From positions 10,540,001 through 10,604,000 of the forward strand of contig NC_067402.1 of NCBI RefSeq assembly GCF_016432865.1: DNA of 64,000 nucleotides, read 5' to 3'. Source of the DNA: Antechinus flavipes. Lineage: Eukaryota. The notes under the pieces are model-generated. The model saw only the letters and a list, made by a program, of their open reading frames with translations. It was not told where the DNA came from and did not search any database. Made by a program: the position numbers and the translations under genes. Shown here piece by piece: positions 49,556 through 61,975 of the stretch. Numbering within the stretch: position 1 is the stretch's first letter; each line of letters opens with the position of its first letter.

Positions 49556-50229
49556 TTCAGAAGGAGATTTGAATCTTTTTAAGGCTTTCAAGTGTTGATC
49601 CTGGTCTTAGGAGCTCTCTTCTTTTATAATGCTAATTTAAAGTGGAACCTCTTTCTAAGTAAGAGAAAAGGCTAAAGGCCAACCCCTAAGGAGCAACAAA
49701 ACTACAATATGATATGTGATTTAAATTAATTGTCACATTCTGTGGTATAGAAATGAAAATATTAAGTTTAACCTTTGGGACAAATTCAAATATTTTGAGT
49801 CAAATGCTGAGAAGAAGAAATACTTGGTCAAAACTTCATAAAACTATTTCACGGAAGTTGAAGTCAATTTCGCCAAAACCATCAGCAATGTTCTCTGTTT
49901 TAAGTGGAAGCCATAGCTCTGTGGAAATGTATTTTGTTCCATCTCTCAGAGTATTTTTTGTACTCTTCCAAGGCATGGCCTTGGTTTGCCGAGAAATTAT
50001 TGGGTTCTTTCTCAATATTTCTGCTTTCTAATTGCTTCAAAGAATAAGCATAAAACAGTAGTCAGACTGACAGACTCCTCTAATTTCCTGTTATTTTTTT
50101 TTTTTTACTCTTCTATGCATTAAGTAGTATAAATGAGAAGTGAATATGAAAAATGCTACTTCAAGCTGGTCTTCTGAATTAATAGGGTATGTACACTGTA
50201 AAAAATAGCATGCATGTATATTGGTAATA

Positions 50230-50257
50230 TATACACATACACACACACATATATATG

Positions 50258-50309
<52 letters not shown>

Positions 50310-50312
50310 TAC
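50230..50312. repeat. (CA)/(TA)n microsatellite
   Basis: Read directly. Confidence 0.96.
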
Positions 50313-50539
50313 ATTTCATTCAAGAGATCTGATAAACTACATCTTAGTCTTAGGATTAAGACTGACCATCTTAGAATGGTTCCACATACAGATTACAAAA
50401 TCTATGAAAATCCTTGATATATTATGATTCATTTCCAATAAAATTTCAGGGAAACGGAAATTAAATATAGATAACCCTAGACACGAACTTCATAAATGTT
50501 TGTTTGATTAGTTTTTTTGTGTATGATTGAAAAGGGAGG

Positions 50540-50720
50540 TAAGTGGTCCATGAGACAAGAAATGGATGGTCTAGTTGTCCTGATACTCACAAAATGTTAA
50601 AAGAACTACATCATGGCCTTTAGGGTGTTGGGTACATATCTTTCTGAAAGATTTATGGAAAGTCAAGAATTACTTGGAATGAAAATCATTGGAGCGATTA
50701 TGAACTACACTGAAGGAAGG
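50540..50720 (+). mobile_element. Old RTE 3' end fragment
   Basis: 'aaaatgttaaaagaact...tgttgggtac...gatttatggaaag...acactgaagg' resembles a marsupial RTE terminus. Confidence 0.45.
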
Positions 50721-52460
50721 TATTGAACAAAGACTGGAGAGGCAAGGACAGCTTTCATAGATGAGATGAAAGTTGTTGAGGAGATGAAGATCACAAGACA
50801 TGATGGGATAAGGAGGAAGAGGAGAAGGAGGGGGAGAAGGATGGTGATGATAGTGATAATAATGATGATACTACAATTAAAATTGACATAGTGATTTGAG
50901 ATTTTTCCAAAGACTTTCTTTAAATTATATCATTTATTCCTCAACAACCTAATGAAACAAGTCCTACAGAAATTATTCCTCCCATTTTACAGAAGAGGAA
51001 ACTAAAGTGCAGAACAATTAGATGAATAAGGCTCATCTTTAGAAATCAGTTACTGGGCTCATATTGGCATCCTTTCCAAAGGCTTGCCCAAGTTCAAATA
51101 GGTAGTGAATGGATCTGAACCTGGGAACCTGAGATTCCAAAATCAGTGCCTTTTTCATCCTGATGGAAATTTGGTCATGGAAATCCCAATTTGGCCATCC
51201 CAAATGTGCCCAGAACACTTTGTCCGAATCTTTTATTTATTTCTTTTACTTTCCATATTAATGGTCTGTGTACAAATCAGCTTTATCCCTTCCCAGTTCA
51301 ACATAAATCCCTTGAAGAAGAGTGTCTCATTTTTTAATGCATTATTAATTTGTTTATAATTTGGCATCTCAGTGGCTTAGAGTGCTGGGCCTGCAGTCAG
51401 AAGATTTGAATTCAATTCTAGTCTCATATACTTACTAGGTATGTTAATTTGAGTGAGTCCCTTCAGCTTTGTCTGTCTCAGTTTCCTCAACTGTAAAGTG
51501 GAGAAAATTAATAATACCTATTTCTTGGGCTTGTTGTGAAAATCAAGTGACAAAATATTTATGGTTCATGAGCCACAACTCTTTTTCAAGGAGCACAAAT
51601 GGAGGTTGCAGAGCCTAATCAGTGTTTCTAGGTCGTTCTTCCATGTATTTCAGTCACTGCTCTACTAGAAGTCAAGTATTAGTAAGATAAGAGCAATGTG
51701 AAATATCTCTCGAGAAGTTGATATTTCATAATAGCTTGAAATTCACGTCCAACTGGGTTTTAGGACTTATTATCTATTCCACCCAGTGACCATCTCTGAG
51801 ACATCACTAATTTCCACTAACAGACTGGAACTCTGTCACCTCTGGAGATCCTAAAAGAGTAAGTGGAAGAACCCAAACTGAAATCCAGTGTCTCCATTGT
51901 TCTTTTTGAGCACTAATCCTTCAAAACAATGACAGTGTATTGATGGTGTCATAAGCTAACATTTCTAGAGCACCCCAAGCTTTGGAAAGTACTTTTCATG
52001 GTTTGATTTCATCTTCAAATCCTGGGAGGTGTAGGTATTGATAATAATATGCCTGTTTTACAGAAAACCCAAACTGAAGGCAACTGAGTTAATTGATTAT
52101 TGAGAACGCACAACTAATAAAGTCACAGATAGAACTTGAGAAAATAGGCTTTTGGGAGTAAGCTTTATTATATCTCTGCTGCATTTCTAGTATACTTCTA
52201 ACACATAGTAGGCTGTTAATAAAGAACTTGTTAAATTGATTTCAAATAATAATGGCAACTATGGGGAACTTGTCTTTTCTTATTATTTTTGTTAATGTTA
52301 GTCTCTTGGAATACTCACTGGGTGGCTGGAATATGAGTTATTCAAAGAAAAATGGATTAGCCTGCCAGTAAAATACCAACTCCCTTGTAGATTCTCTGTA
52401 GTCTCAGAGACTGTGGAATCGATTTAATCAGTGTAGACATTCAATCGTTGAACCATTTAC

Positions 52461-52566
52461 CAGTCCTGGGCTTCTCAAAGAAAACGGAGACAGGCAACTC
52501 AAGTAGCGGTGTTGCCAAGACAAGGCCGTTGTACTTGGCTCCCGTTGCTGAAGTACAATCTCGCTA
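52461..52566 (-). ncRNA. Candidate exon (106 nt; 103 nt with the distal NAGNAG acceptor) of an unannotated minus-strand transcript
   Basis: Acceptor 'ttcccaagcttttcacag|TAG|CGAG', donor 'GGACTG|gtaaat'; several retained CpGs in unique sequence. Confidence 0.4.
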
Positions 52567-53879
52567 CTGTGAAAAGCTTGGGAATTCGGCTTCTATTATA
52601 ATTGGACCAAATCTTTCCAGCAGCTCCTTCAAGGGGGATATTAGTTTCATATGGAAGCTGCAGTTTTTACAATTTGCTTCTTTGATCATGCAAATAAAGA
52701 CTGAACTCCAATTTCTGGTTCTGCCCCAAGGAGAGACTATGGGACTGAATTGTTCCTGAACCATAAAGATGGAAGTCTCTGGATCACCCATTAGAAGTTC
52801 TAAGTGAAAGACTGGTCAGTGAGCAATCAAGGATGAACATATTAGCTGACCTTTTATTCCAGGAACTTCATCTTTTCCTTACTTAAGAAGTACTCTGTAT
52901 GGCCAGGATAGTACTATCTTAGTACTTGACACACAGTAGGTGCTTAATAAATGCTGGCAAAGTTGATTGATGGGTACTGAAATCTGCAGTTTTGTTGTTC
53001 TTAATAAGTTTCATTGAACCCTTTTTATACTGTAATTTTTTTTTTCTGGAACTATTATCATATTCTGTCCTACCCCCCTCAAATGAACCTTTCCTAGTAA
53101 CAAAGAAAAACAATTAAACAAATACAAGTAATAAAGTATTATTTCTGAAAGTGTATACAGTTCCCTACCCTAGTAGCCTGCCACTTGTCTCTATAAACAT
53201 TACTGTTTTTTGTTGTTGTTTTGTTTTAATCAAATCTGAATTTACTAATTGAGCTGTAAAACTCATTTCTACAGATTTCTGGAGGAAATGTGTCCCATCT
53301 GGGTGTTAAGATCCCACTGGAGATTGTTGCTCTCTGGTTGTCCTTCCTTTATCCCATGGCAAAGATCCATTTGACTGCCAAAAATTTAGAATCATCTTTC
53401 ACAAGAGATTCCATTTGATGAATGGATTTCAGACTAGAAACATCCCATTTACATTTCCCTTTGTTCTTAGGCATTTTGGACAAGGGAAAACATGTAAATG
53501 AGACATTTGGTTTGGCTTTCCAATAGTCAAACCCAGTCATGCATGATAGGATGTCAGGCATCCACGGGCATATTTCTTTAATTTTTGTTTGTGTTTTGAA
53601 TAAAATGTATTTACACTTGAGAGGCAATTCATTCCAAGATGCTTCTAAAGTCACTTTAGAAGAGGTTAGCCAGTGACTCATAACCTATTGGCAGAATGTA
53701 AACTCCTCGAGGGCAAGAACCAATTTTTTGTGTGTGTTTTTTGAATTTGTTGGTGCATATCAAGGACTCTGTGGATAGCAGGTCCAAAAATCATCTGTGG
53801 CTCCCAACTGCCTCTAAGATAACATAAAATAAAATCTGCAAAAGCATACCATGATCTGGCTCCCACCTACTTTTCTAAT

Positions 53880-54192
53880 CCATTCTTCTTCTTCTTTGTT
53901 TCCTCCTCTTCCTTTTGACTTTTCTTCTTTTTCTTTTCTTCTTCTTTTTCTTTCTTCTTGTTCTTGTTCTTCTTGTCCTTATTCTTTTCCTTCTCCTGTT
54001 TCTTCCTCTTCTTTTTCATCTTCTTGTTTTCTCTTCTTTATCTTAATTCTTCTTTGTTTCTCCTTCCTCTTCTCTTAATTCTTCTTCTTTTCCTTCTACT
54101 TCTCCTTCTCCTTCTTCCTCTTCTTTTTCATCTTGTTCTTTGTTTCCTCCTCCTCTTTCTCTTAATTTTTCTTCTTCTTCTTCTTTTTCTAT

Positions 54193-54228
<36 letters not shown>

Positions 54229-54245
54229 TACTTCTTCTTCCACTT
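53880..54245. repeat. (CTT)n/(CTA)n low-complexity tract
   Basis: Read directly; source of poly-L/S and poly-E/V ORFs. Confidence 0.95.
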
Positions 54246-55539
54246 CATTTTAATTCCCTTCAAAAATTCTTCTTTTCCCATTCAAAGTGGCTTGTTAGCT
54301 ATGCCCTGTGTCCATGATTCCACCTCTTCATCTTTATTCTACTGGTGCCATCTGGAGACTGCTCCTTTGTCATCTCCATGTTTGGTACTCTTAGCTCCCC
54401 ATCCTATTCATGAGTATAGATCAGTTGTCATTCCCTTCCTCAGTCATTAGTTTCCTCCTAAAATCATTCACATTGTTTTTTTTTTCTTTTGTTTATATGT
54501 GTACCTGTCATTTTCCATCATCAGAAAGTAAGCTTCTTGAGGAAGAAACAACTTGATCTTTGTCTTTGTGCCTCAATGGCCAGAAGGGACCTGATATCAA
54601 ATCTGAGATTTAATAATACTTTTTGAGCGAGGATGTGAAATTCCTACTTTCAAGTTCTTTGTCCCAATAATTAGTAAAAGGAGTCAGCTCCATGACAGGC
54701 TATATCTCTCCTGATGGGAACCATCCTCAGTGGACATTTACAGAAAAGGCCTTAATGGGTGCAGGAGAATGAGCATCAAATCCACACTGGAGCAGGAAGA
54801 GCAAAAGGAGAGAGCCATAGTAATTGTCTCCCATCTTGGTGATTCACAAGGCCTATTTTGTGGAACAAATCCAGGCCTAAAGAGGGTCCTACTCATTGCC
54901 ATCAATTTACTTATTACTGAGTGTAATATACCAAATTAAATCAGCCCTTATGTTAATCCACTTGGGAGGGGTGATGGAAAGAATCTCACATAGTTCTGAA
55001 GAAGCCTGAACATGCCCAGAATTTGGCTTCAGAGAAAAATGAGGTGAAAAATTAGACTGTAATTTGTGATGTTCTGTATCTTGAAAAGAAGTCCCAGCAT
55101 GGAAGCCCATGTCAGAGAGGACTCGGTATGGGCATAAGCAGAGATGTCCTATCTGTGTGTTCCAGCACGTGAGGCTCCAGCTGGAATTGGTCTCTTCCCT
55201 TCTCTCCTGCCTCTTTTTTTTATCTCTCATCCCCTGGGGATCTGCCGTTCCAGGACTGAAGGGAACACCTCCATCCCTCACTAACACTATATAACTCTGT
55301 GGGTTTGAGAAAAAATCAGGGCTTCTTCTTCCAGACAAGGGATTTCTATTTCCATTTGTTGGCCAAGTAATCTGCAATTCAATTGATATGAGAATATACA
55401 ACAAATAGTAATTTAATGTACCAGTGTTTTCTCCCAAGCCCTAATTTCCCCCCAAATTTAGCACAGCTCATCAGAAGAAAATCTATTTGGAGCCAGCGTA
55501 CCTGAATTCAATTCCTGTCACTGCCTCTCACTAGTTATG

Positions 55540-55772
55540 GTAGGAACAGTTAGGTGCAATAGAGGTAGAATCAGCAAGCCTTCAGCTCAAACCCAGTCTC
55601 ACACACTTATTCCTGTGTGACTTTGGCCAAGTCACTTAACCCTGTTTACCTCCATTTCCTCATCTGTAAAAGGAGCTGGAATAGGAACTACCAAAACCAC
55701 TCCAGTATCTCTGATAAGAAAATTCCAAATGGGGTCATGGAAAGACAGACAGAACTGAAATGACTGAACAAC
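55540..55772 (+). mobile_element. Mar1-type CORE-SINE
   Basis: 'gccaagtcacttaaccctgttt...cctcatctgtaaaaggagctgga...accactccagtatctctg..aagaaaattccaaatggggtcatgg...ctgaaatgactgaacaac'. Confidence 0.8.
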
Positions 55773-56550
55773 CTCAATGGCAAGTTTTGGATCTGTTACT
55801 TAAGGTCTCTAGGTCTCAATTTCTTCCTTTGTAAAATCAGAAAGTTGGACTAGATGATACCTAAGGATCCTTCCAGCTTGGACCCTTCAATTAAGACTAG
55901 AAAGTGGACACATTGGCTTTCCTAAAAGCTATGTTTGCCTTCTCTTCATTTCTCAACCTCCTGTTTTATCCCAAGCCTTCAGTCTTATTCTACTCCCCTT
56001 GTGGCAAGTCTCAAAGGAGATAATATATACAAAGCACTAAAGGGTTATGCAAATACCATGGATCTTTATTTGTCTGTTTTGAAATCAGACCTACTTCCTT
56101 AGAAGAATTTCTGGTGGGGAAATTTCTTCCACTAGAGCTAATCAGTAAGGGGCTTGTCCTTCAAAAACTGAGTGTCACTCACATTGTGGAGAGAAAACTG
56201 GCTTCGGAGTCCCAGAGATAAAAAAAAAGATTTGAATTCTGCCTCTGACACCTGCTGGCCAAGTCACTTTAGTGCCTGTTACACAGTGCTTAATTAATGC
56301 TTCTCAAATGACTGTCTGATCTAATCTCTCAAGGTTCCAGCCAACTCTAAAATTATGGAGAAGGTACCCATATCTATCAGGAGATCTTAATGGATCTCAT
56401 TCCACTTTTGGACACTCAGTGTTTGTTGTACATGCTCATTACATCAAACCTCATAATACTAAAGAGTGTCTTCACAGAGACCCCAGGATTACTCAGAGAA
56501 GATGTCCAAAAACTGCCCAAAGAATGTCTTTTGTCTACTTTGTGGCTTAC

Positions 56551-56693
56551 CATTGGGCAGCTGAAGTGATTAATTAGGGCATCGGTACAGTTTTCTTAAA
56601 AAGAATGGCAGAGACACAAGGAGCCGAGCCCAATATTGAACAGGACTAACGTGCAAGTTTTGCCCGGCACTTTCAGCACTCTGTAGCTGTTGC
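56551..56693 (-). ncRNA. Candidate exon (143 nt; all three frames contain stops; ends in ATG)
   Basis: Acceptor 'ggattcttctttcag|G', donor 'CAATG|gtaagc'; retained CpGs in unique sequence. Confidence 0.45.
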
Positions 56694-57109
56694 CTGAAAG
56701 AAGAATCCATTTTTTGAACACAAATATATTTTCTAGTAATACCATATGGCTATAATAAGAAATTCTGCAATCTTCAAAGGAGCAAAATTAAAAATGAAGT
56801 GGAGGGAAGAGAAATATATGAAAGGGACACCAAGATATTAACAAAATGACTTGCATATGAAGAGAAATTCTAACAAGCAATATAAGATCAAAAAAAGGAA
56901 GTGGGTCAGTTTTGAAGTCAATAAAAGTCAGAAAAATGCTCCAGCTAAGATTAGTTCTATTCTTTTACCTTCAATTAGTAATAATTTCAAATTCATGTAT
57001 CCAGACAATAATGCAATTTAGGGTTCAAAGATTCCATGTAACATTTGTTACACCTCTGATTGAGATCTGATGTCCCAAAGCCTACTTTAAGGAGTCTGCT
57101 AAATACAGG

Positions 57110-57280
57110 AGGTGGGGAGGAGAGAAAGAAGAGAGAAAGAGAGAGAAAGGGAGGGAGACAGAGAAGCAGAAATACAGAGAGACAGAGAGAGGGGAAGGAA
57201 GGGAGAAAGGGAAACAGAGACAGAAACAGAGGGAGAGAAAGAAAAGACAGACATAGAAAAAAAGAAAGAGAGAGAGATGG
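57110..57280. repeat. GA-rich low-complexity repeat
   Basis: Read directly. Confidence 0.93.
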
Positions 57281-58299
57281 GTAAATATGCCAACAAATGA
57301 AGCCCTGGGATTTTTCTGTTGAAAGCTTTCTAGTAGCTGAGAGCTCTCCCTCTACACCTTGAATCCAGAGAACTATTTCTTGCTTCTGCATAAATGAGCT
57401 CTGACTTCCCCTGGTACCTTTTCCTTCTGCCATTCCCTAAGCTCCGCAGACCAGGTGTGAGTCAAGGTGAGTTATTCTTGCCCAGTTCATCCTTGATTTA
57501 ACCCAATTAGATGCCATAATTTACGTTGTGAAGTTGGAGAGCCCAGTAGGTGCCTATATTTCCCAGGGTTTCAGATCCCTGATGATGAATGAGCTGGATG
57601 CTATTGTTGGGTCTCTGCTGCTTGATGACACACTCTACATGAACCTGGGCTGCTAGGCTTATCTCTATTGCTCTCCTTCTTGACTTCAGCAACATGGCAC
57701 CTACAAAAGAAAACGGATGTCTGGGTAGGAACCTTAGAGGAGGAGGCCCAGAAAGTACAATTTAGCCCCACGGAGCAAGTTTTGCCCAGCTCATAGCTGT
57801 GGATATGTGCTCTTCCAAATGAGAGCTCTTCACAGCATTAAAGGCCCTTGAGCAGTCCAAGAGGGCAGGAACCTTGGCTCTGAGACAGACCGAGGCAGCA
57901 GGGAGCCTGCCCAGGCCAGGATAGGCATTTCCTTTGATTATACAATTAGAATCACGTTTGGAGGTGAGTTGGCATCTGGTTTTAATTCAGCCTCACGAGG
58001 TTACTGGCCTTCTCATAGAACATGTTCTTAGAAGTCAATTCTGTTGCCCTTTCTTAGCCCTCATGGGGCCGAGAGATCACCACTGTTCTTTCTGCTCCTA
58101 TGGGTTGGACAAAAAGCAAAGAGGCAGAATTAGGCTTGTTGTTGAGAGAGGAAAAAAAAAAGGTTTCAAACAGAGTTGTGCCCAAGAAGAATTAGTTTCT
58201 TTGGAGTAGGGAAAAGGATGCAAGTTCCTTTCTTACTGGACCAAGTCTTCAGGCAAAGGACATATGAGCTCAGAAATGTTGGAGGGGATTTTTCGTCTC

Positions 58300-58570
58300 T
58301 TTGTATCACTAAGGTTGCTTCCAGTTCTGAGAATGTGCGGTTCTGGGATTATTCTTCTCCTTTCTTTCTGAAGAGACAGTGAAACCTGCTTGCAATTCTG
58401 GTCTTCCATGTCCCCAGGAAAGCAGTGAAGACTTTCCTTATGTGGGTCACTTAACAGGCGAGGCTAGAGCCTCATCTGCCCAAATGCTGTGGTTACGTAA
58501 AGAACATCTGCCAGGGCACCACTTGAACTAGGGAAGCCTGGTTTCCTGTGCGTTACACCAAAAGAAGGGA
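58300..58570. promoter_or_regulatory. Candidate enhancer with RUNX, PAR-bZIP and ETS motifs
   Basis: TGCGGTT at 58336-58342, TGTGGTT at 58488-58494 overlapping palindromic TTACGTAA at 58493-58500, TTTCCTG at 58542-58548. Confidence 0.33.
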
Positions 58571-59149
58571 AATTAAGACTTCATTAAAGCCATATCACCT
58601 TCAAATGCCCAGAAATGAGAAGAATTAATACCATAAAAATGTAAAAACTAGAGCAGCCTCTCGCATGCTTGTCAGATCCAGTCATTGTTGAAGCCATGTG
58701 TGTGACAACCAGAGACTTGAGATTGGCTCACATCCATTGAGGGAAAACACATTTGGCCAATTCGAGAATTAGGCCCCATTTATTCTTGTAACATCCGTGG
58801 ACTTTTGAGCTAGAAGGAACCACACAGCCCTCTACTCCAAGCTCCTCATTACACATGGAGGAAAAAAAATCCCAGAGAGGAGAAATGATCAGTAAGAACC
58901 AAAATAACTCTCAGGGTTTTTAGTAAGATTCCTCAATGATCAAAGTCACTGGTGACCAAGAGTCACTTTCACATATGTTTGTGTCCCTGTTCCTCATTTC
59001 TCATTAAGGATCCAGGATGGGGATTTTTGCCTCATAACAATAGCTATCTGTGTGTGTATACATAGACAGAGAGATGGATGGACAGACAGACAGACAGATA
59101 GATATGTGAGTGTGTATATATGTGTAGAGAGCTCACATCTACATATTAC

Positions 59150-59360
59150 TTATAATTAATGATAATAGGTAATATGTAAGATTTGTCTCCCCAAGGAATG
59201 GGATATTATGAGTTCTATTTTACAAATGAGGAAACTGAGGCAGATAGATGTGAAATGACGTGCTCAAGCTCATAGAGCTAGCAAGTATCCAAGGCAGGAT
59301 TTGAACTGAAATGCCCTTGAGTCTCAGCCTAACGTTCTATCCACTATGCTGCCTAGTATT
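59150..59360 (-). mobile_element. MIR SINE
   Basis: 'ttttacaaatgaggaaactgaggcagatagatgtgaaatgacgtgctcaagctcatagagctagcaagtatccaaggcaggatttgaact'. Confidence 0.8.
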
Positions 59361-60544
59361 CCAAATAAGGCAGTTATATGGATGATGGCATCATGAAGAA
59401 AACAAAAGTTTCCTGATGTCCTAGGTAGAATTTTGGGCTTAGGAACTCGGATTGGATTTCTGCCTTTGATACTTACCCAAGGAGTGATCCTGAACAAGTC
59501 ATTTTAACTTCCTGTTTCCTCCATAGTAGAAGTGGGTATAATCACAGCTGCACTATTTACCCACAGAATTGTGTGAGGGTACACCATTTTTTTAAACCTG
59601 GAAGTCCTGTATAAATGGATTTTGTTCTTAATAGATTCAGGAATCCATGCTCAACACTCTCGTACTTGCTGTTGGAAGGTAAAAGAGTTCTAAGAATCCA
59701 TGTTTGGCAGATTAAAAATCACATCACAACTGATTAAAGCTTCTCCCCTTTCAAAACCCAAACCCAGTCCCCTTTCTAGGGTACCAGAGTGCTATCCTTT
59801 TTGAGTTCAAAGTTTTGCAATATCTTGCAAACCCTTCCCTCACTCAAATCCCAGGTTCACTGAGGGCACCAGAAGTGTTGGGTTCCTCAAAGAGTTTCCT
59901 TTTTTTCTTTTGTTTTTGAGTGTTTTGTTTTGAGAGTGGAATGGAGCAGAGAAGTACCCCATGACCCTCTGGTCCATATGTGAGGAAGCTTCCCCATAAA
60001 GGGGAAGTCCTCTGGAGGACTTAGTCGAGTTCTCCTACCATCAATAAAGTGCTATTAAATTAGCATTTGTCTATTGTTGTCTTGTAATCATCAATCCTGG
60101 CAGAATATATCCAATATCCAAAGTTCCACTGGGGGAAATAACAGATAACTAGGTAACAAGATATTGACAAAGCAATTGGAAGGTAATTTGAGAGTATAAT
60201 GTGTGTGTCTATGTGTGTGTGGGGGGTGTAGAATGGGAATACTGGGAATGGCCTCCAGAAAAAATGGAGATTGGGATGAGTCTTAAAGGCAGCTGAACAA
60301 CTGAAAAGAAGGAACAAGTATTACATGCACAGAGGAGAGCTAGTCAGAGTACACTGGGTGGGAGATGAAAGCTGAAGAATTCTGGAGCTTGACAGCCCAG
60401 AAAGCTAATGCCATTTTTGAATACCCTTAGAGAGGCTCATTGATCACTCTGGAACAGGGAGACTTCTAGGTACATTCTCCCTTGGTCAGCCCACATGTCC
60501 TGCACTTTTTTTCAGTACTGGACACAACATTTGAAGAAGGGCAA

Positions 60545-60745
60545 AACTCATTCACATTTAATGGTATGTTCTTTCTCTCCCTCTTTTTCAGATATTTTCT
60601 TACTTTTGAATAAGGTATATATTCTTCCAAAGCCAAATTTCTGCTCTGGATTTCACCCAACCAAGTTTCCGTGATATCCAAACAGTTAAATTTGCCTCTT
60701 TATATTTGGTACTCTAATTTACTCTCTTCTTGACATCATTTCAGA
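60545..60745 (-). mobile_element. L3/CR1 ORF2 endonuclease-domain remnant
   Basis: Minus frame GKFNCLDITETWLGEIQSRNLALEEY resembles the CR1 APE motif GKFDLIGITETWWDETHDWNxALEGY. Confidence 0.65.
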
Positions 60746-60799
60746 CAAAAATTAGGCATGCCTACTGCTATTCTAGCTATGTTTTAATTACTCTCTATG

Positions 60800-61012
60800 A
60801 CAGCTCTTAAGCTAGAGCCAAAGATTCCCAAGGAGTCTTTCAAGGGGTCCATAAATTTAGTTGGAAAAACTATATTTTTATTTTCACTAACCTCAAACCA
60901 AAATTTAACATTGTCTTTGGTTATTTAAAACATTATTCTGAGAAGGAATCCATAGTCATTACCTCATTATAAAAGGGACCCTTACCAAACACCCAAAAAA
61001 GTTAAAAACCCC
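60800..61012 (-). mobile_element. hAT-Charlie (MER5-like) MITE
   Basis: 'ggggtccataaattt...attttcactaacctc...tttaaaacattattctgagaaggaatccatag...aaaaagttaaaaacccc'. Confidence 0.7.
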
Positions 61013-61975
61013 AACTTTTAGTATCAATCTTGGTTAATATGCACAAGTCATTCTCTATCTCTGCCTTCCTCTCCAGTTTAATGTCCACTGGATCCAAATA
61101 TGTATTTTATCAGTGAATATATGTATTAAGTATTCTCTTTGCCTGGCCCAGAGCCTAGAACCCTAAGTTTTAAATTATGCTCAAGAATTCCAAACCCTAT
61201 TTTCAGATACTCTCTAATTAAGTAGCTGCCTCTGTTCCTGAAGCTGACTTTCTGGTTGGAAACTCATGTCATTAATTGGCAGCCATAAAAGATTACTCTG
61301 AATGTCTTCAGTTCCTTGTCCAGGAGTTTATCATGGATAGCAATGCCTTCTAATTTCATTTCCGGCCATATCATTTGTCTTCACCAGAAATGGGGGACAT
61401 TAAAGCAATTTGGCAAGTCTTGCAAGGATTTCTGTCATATCCTGGATGAATAAGCCAGAAGAGCTCTCTAATAGGACTGCCTGGCTGGCCGAGAGGCCTG
61501 CCAACACTCTTCAGCCGGGAATCCACAAGGACCAAAACTGGTCTCTTCTCCTTATGACAATGAATGAGCTCTCACTTGATAGCTCCCATTGATCTCCATT
61601 ATCCTACCTTGGAATACAAGCAGTTGCTTTTTTCTCTAGAATGTCTCACTCCTTATGCTCTGGAAGTAAAAACCTTCTGTTTTTGTGGCAGGATTTTTCC
61701 ATTTCTTTTTTTTTACTTGACACTCCCATCTCCCTGAGACAAGTCAAGCTCTCTCTTTACATATTCAGATAATTTTTCTTCTCTGGTATCTTTCAGTCAT
61801 TTTTTTTTTCTTCTCCAAAGGAGCAGAAGTTAATAAGAATTCCATGTTATCACAACTTTGGCAATGACATGAGAAAGGACTTCATTTAAATGTCTCTTAT
61901 GACTTGCTAATTATATATATGCATGTATGTATGTATATGTGTGTGTGTGTATATATATGTATGTATATGTCATAC

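Noticed and set aside
53851-54317. Poly-Leu/Ser and poly-Glu/Val ORFs
   Set aside because: Translations of (CTT)n/(CTA)n simple repeats.
54907-55437. Longest non-repeat ORF in the track (176 aa, minus strand)
   Set aside because: No recognisable domain or motif, no supporting splice or promoter structure, and it includes a low-complexity GA-rich stretch; consistent with a chance ORF.
59989-60022. Two adjacent short hairpins (CTTCCCC/GGGGAAG; AAGTCCTC/GAGGACTT)
   Set aside because: 7-8 bp stems are expected several times by chance in 64 kb; no RNA-family features.
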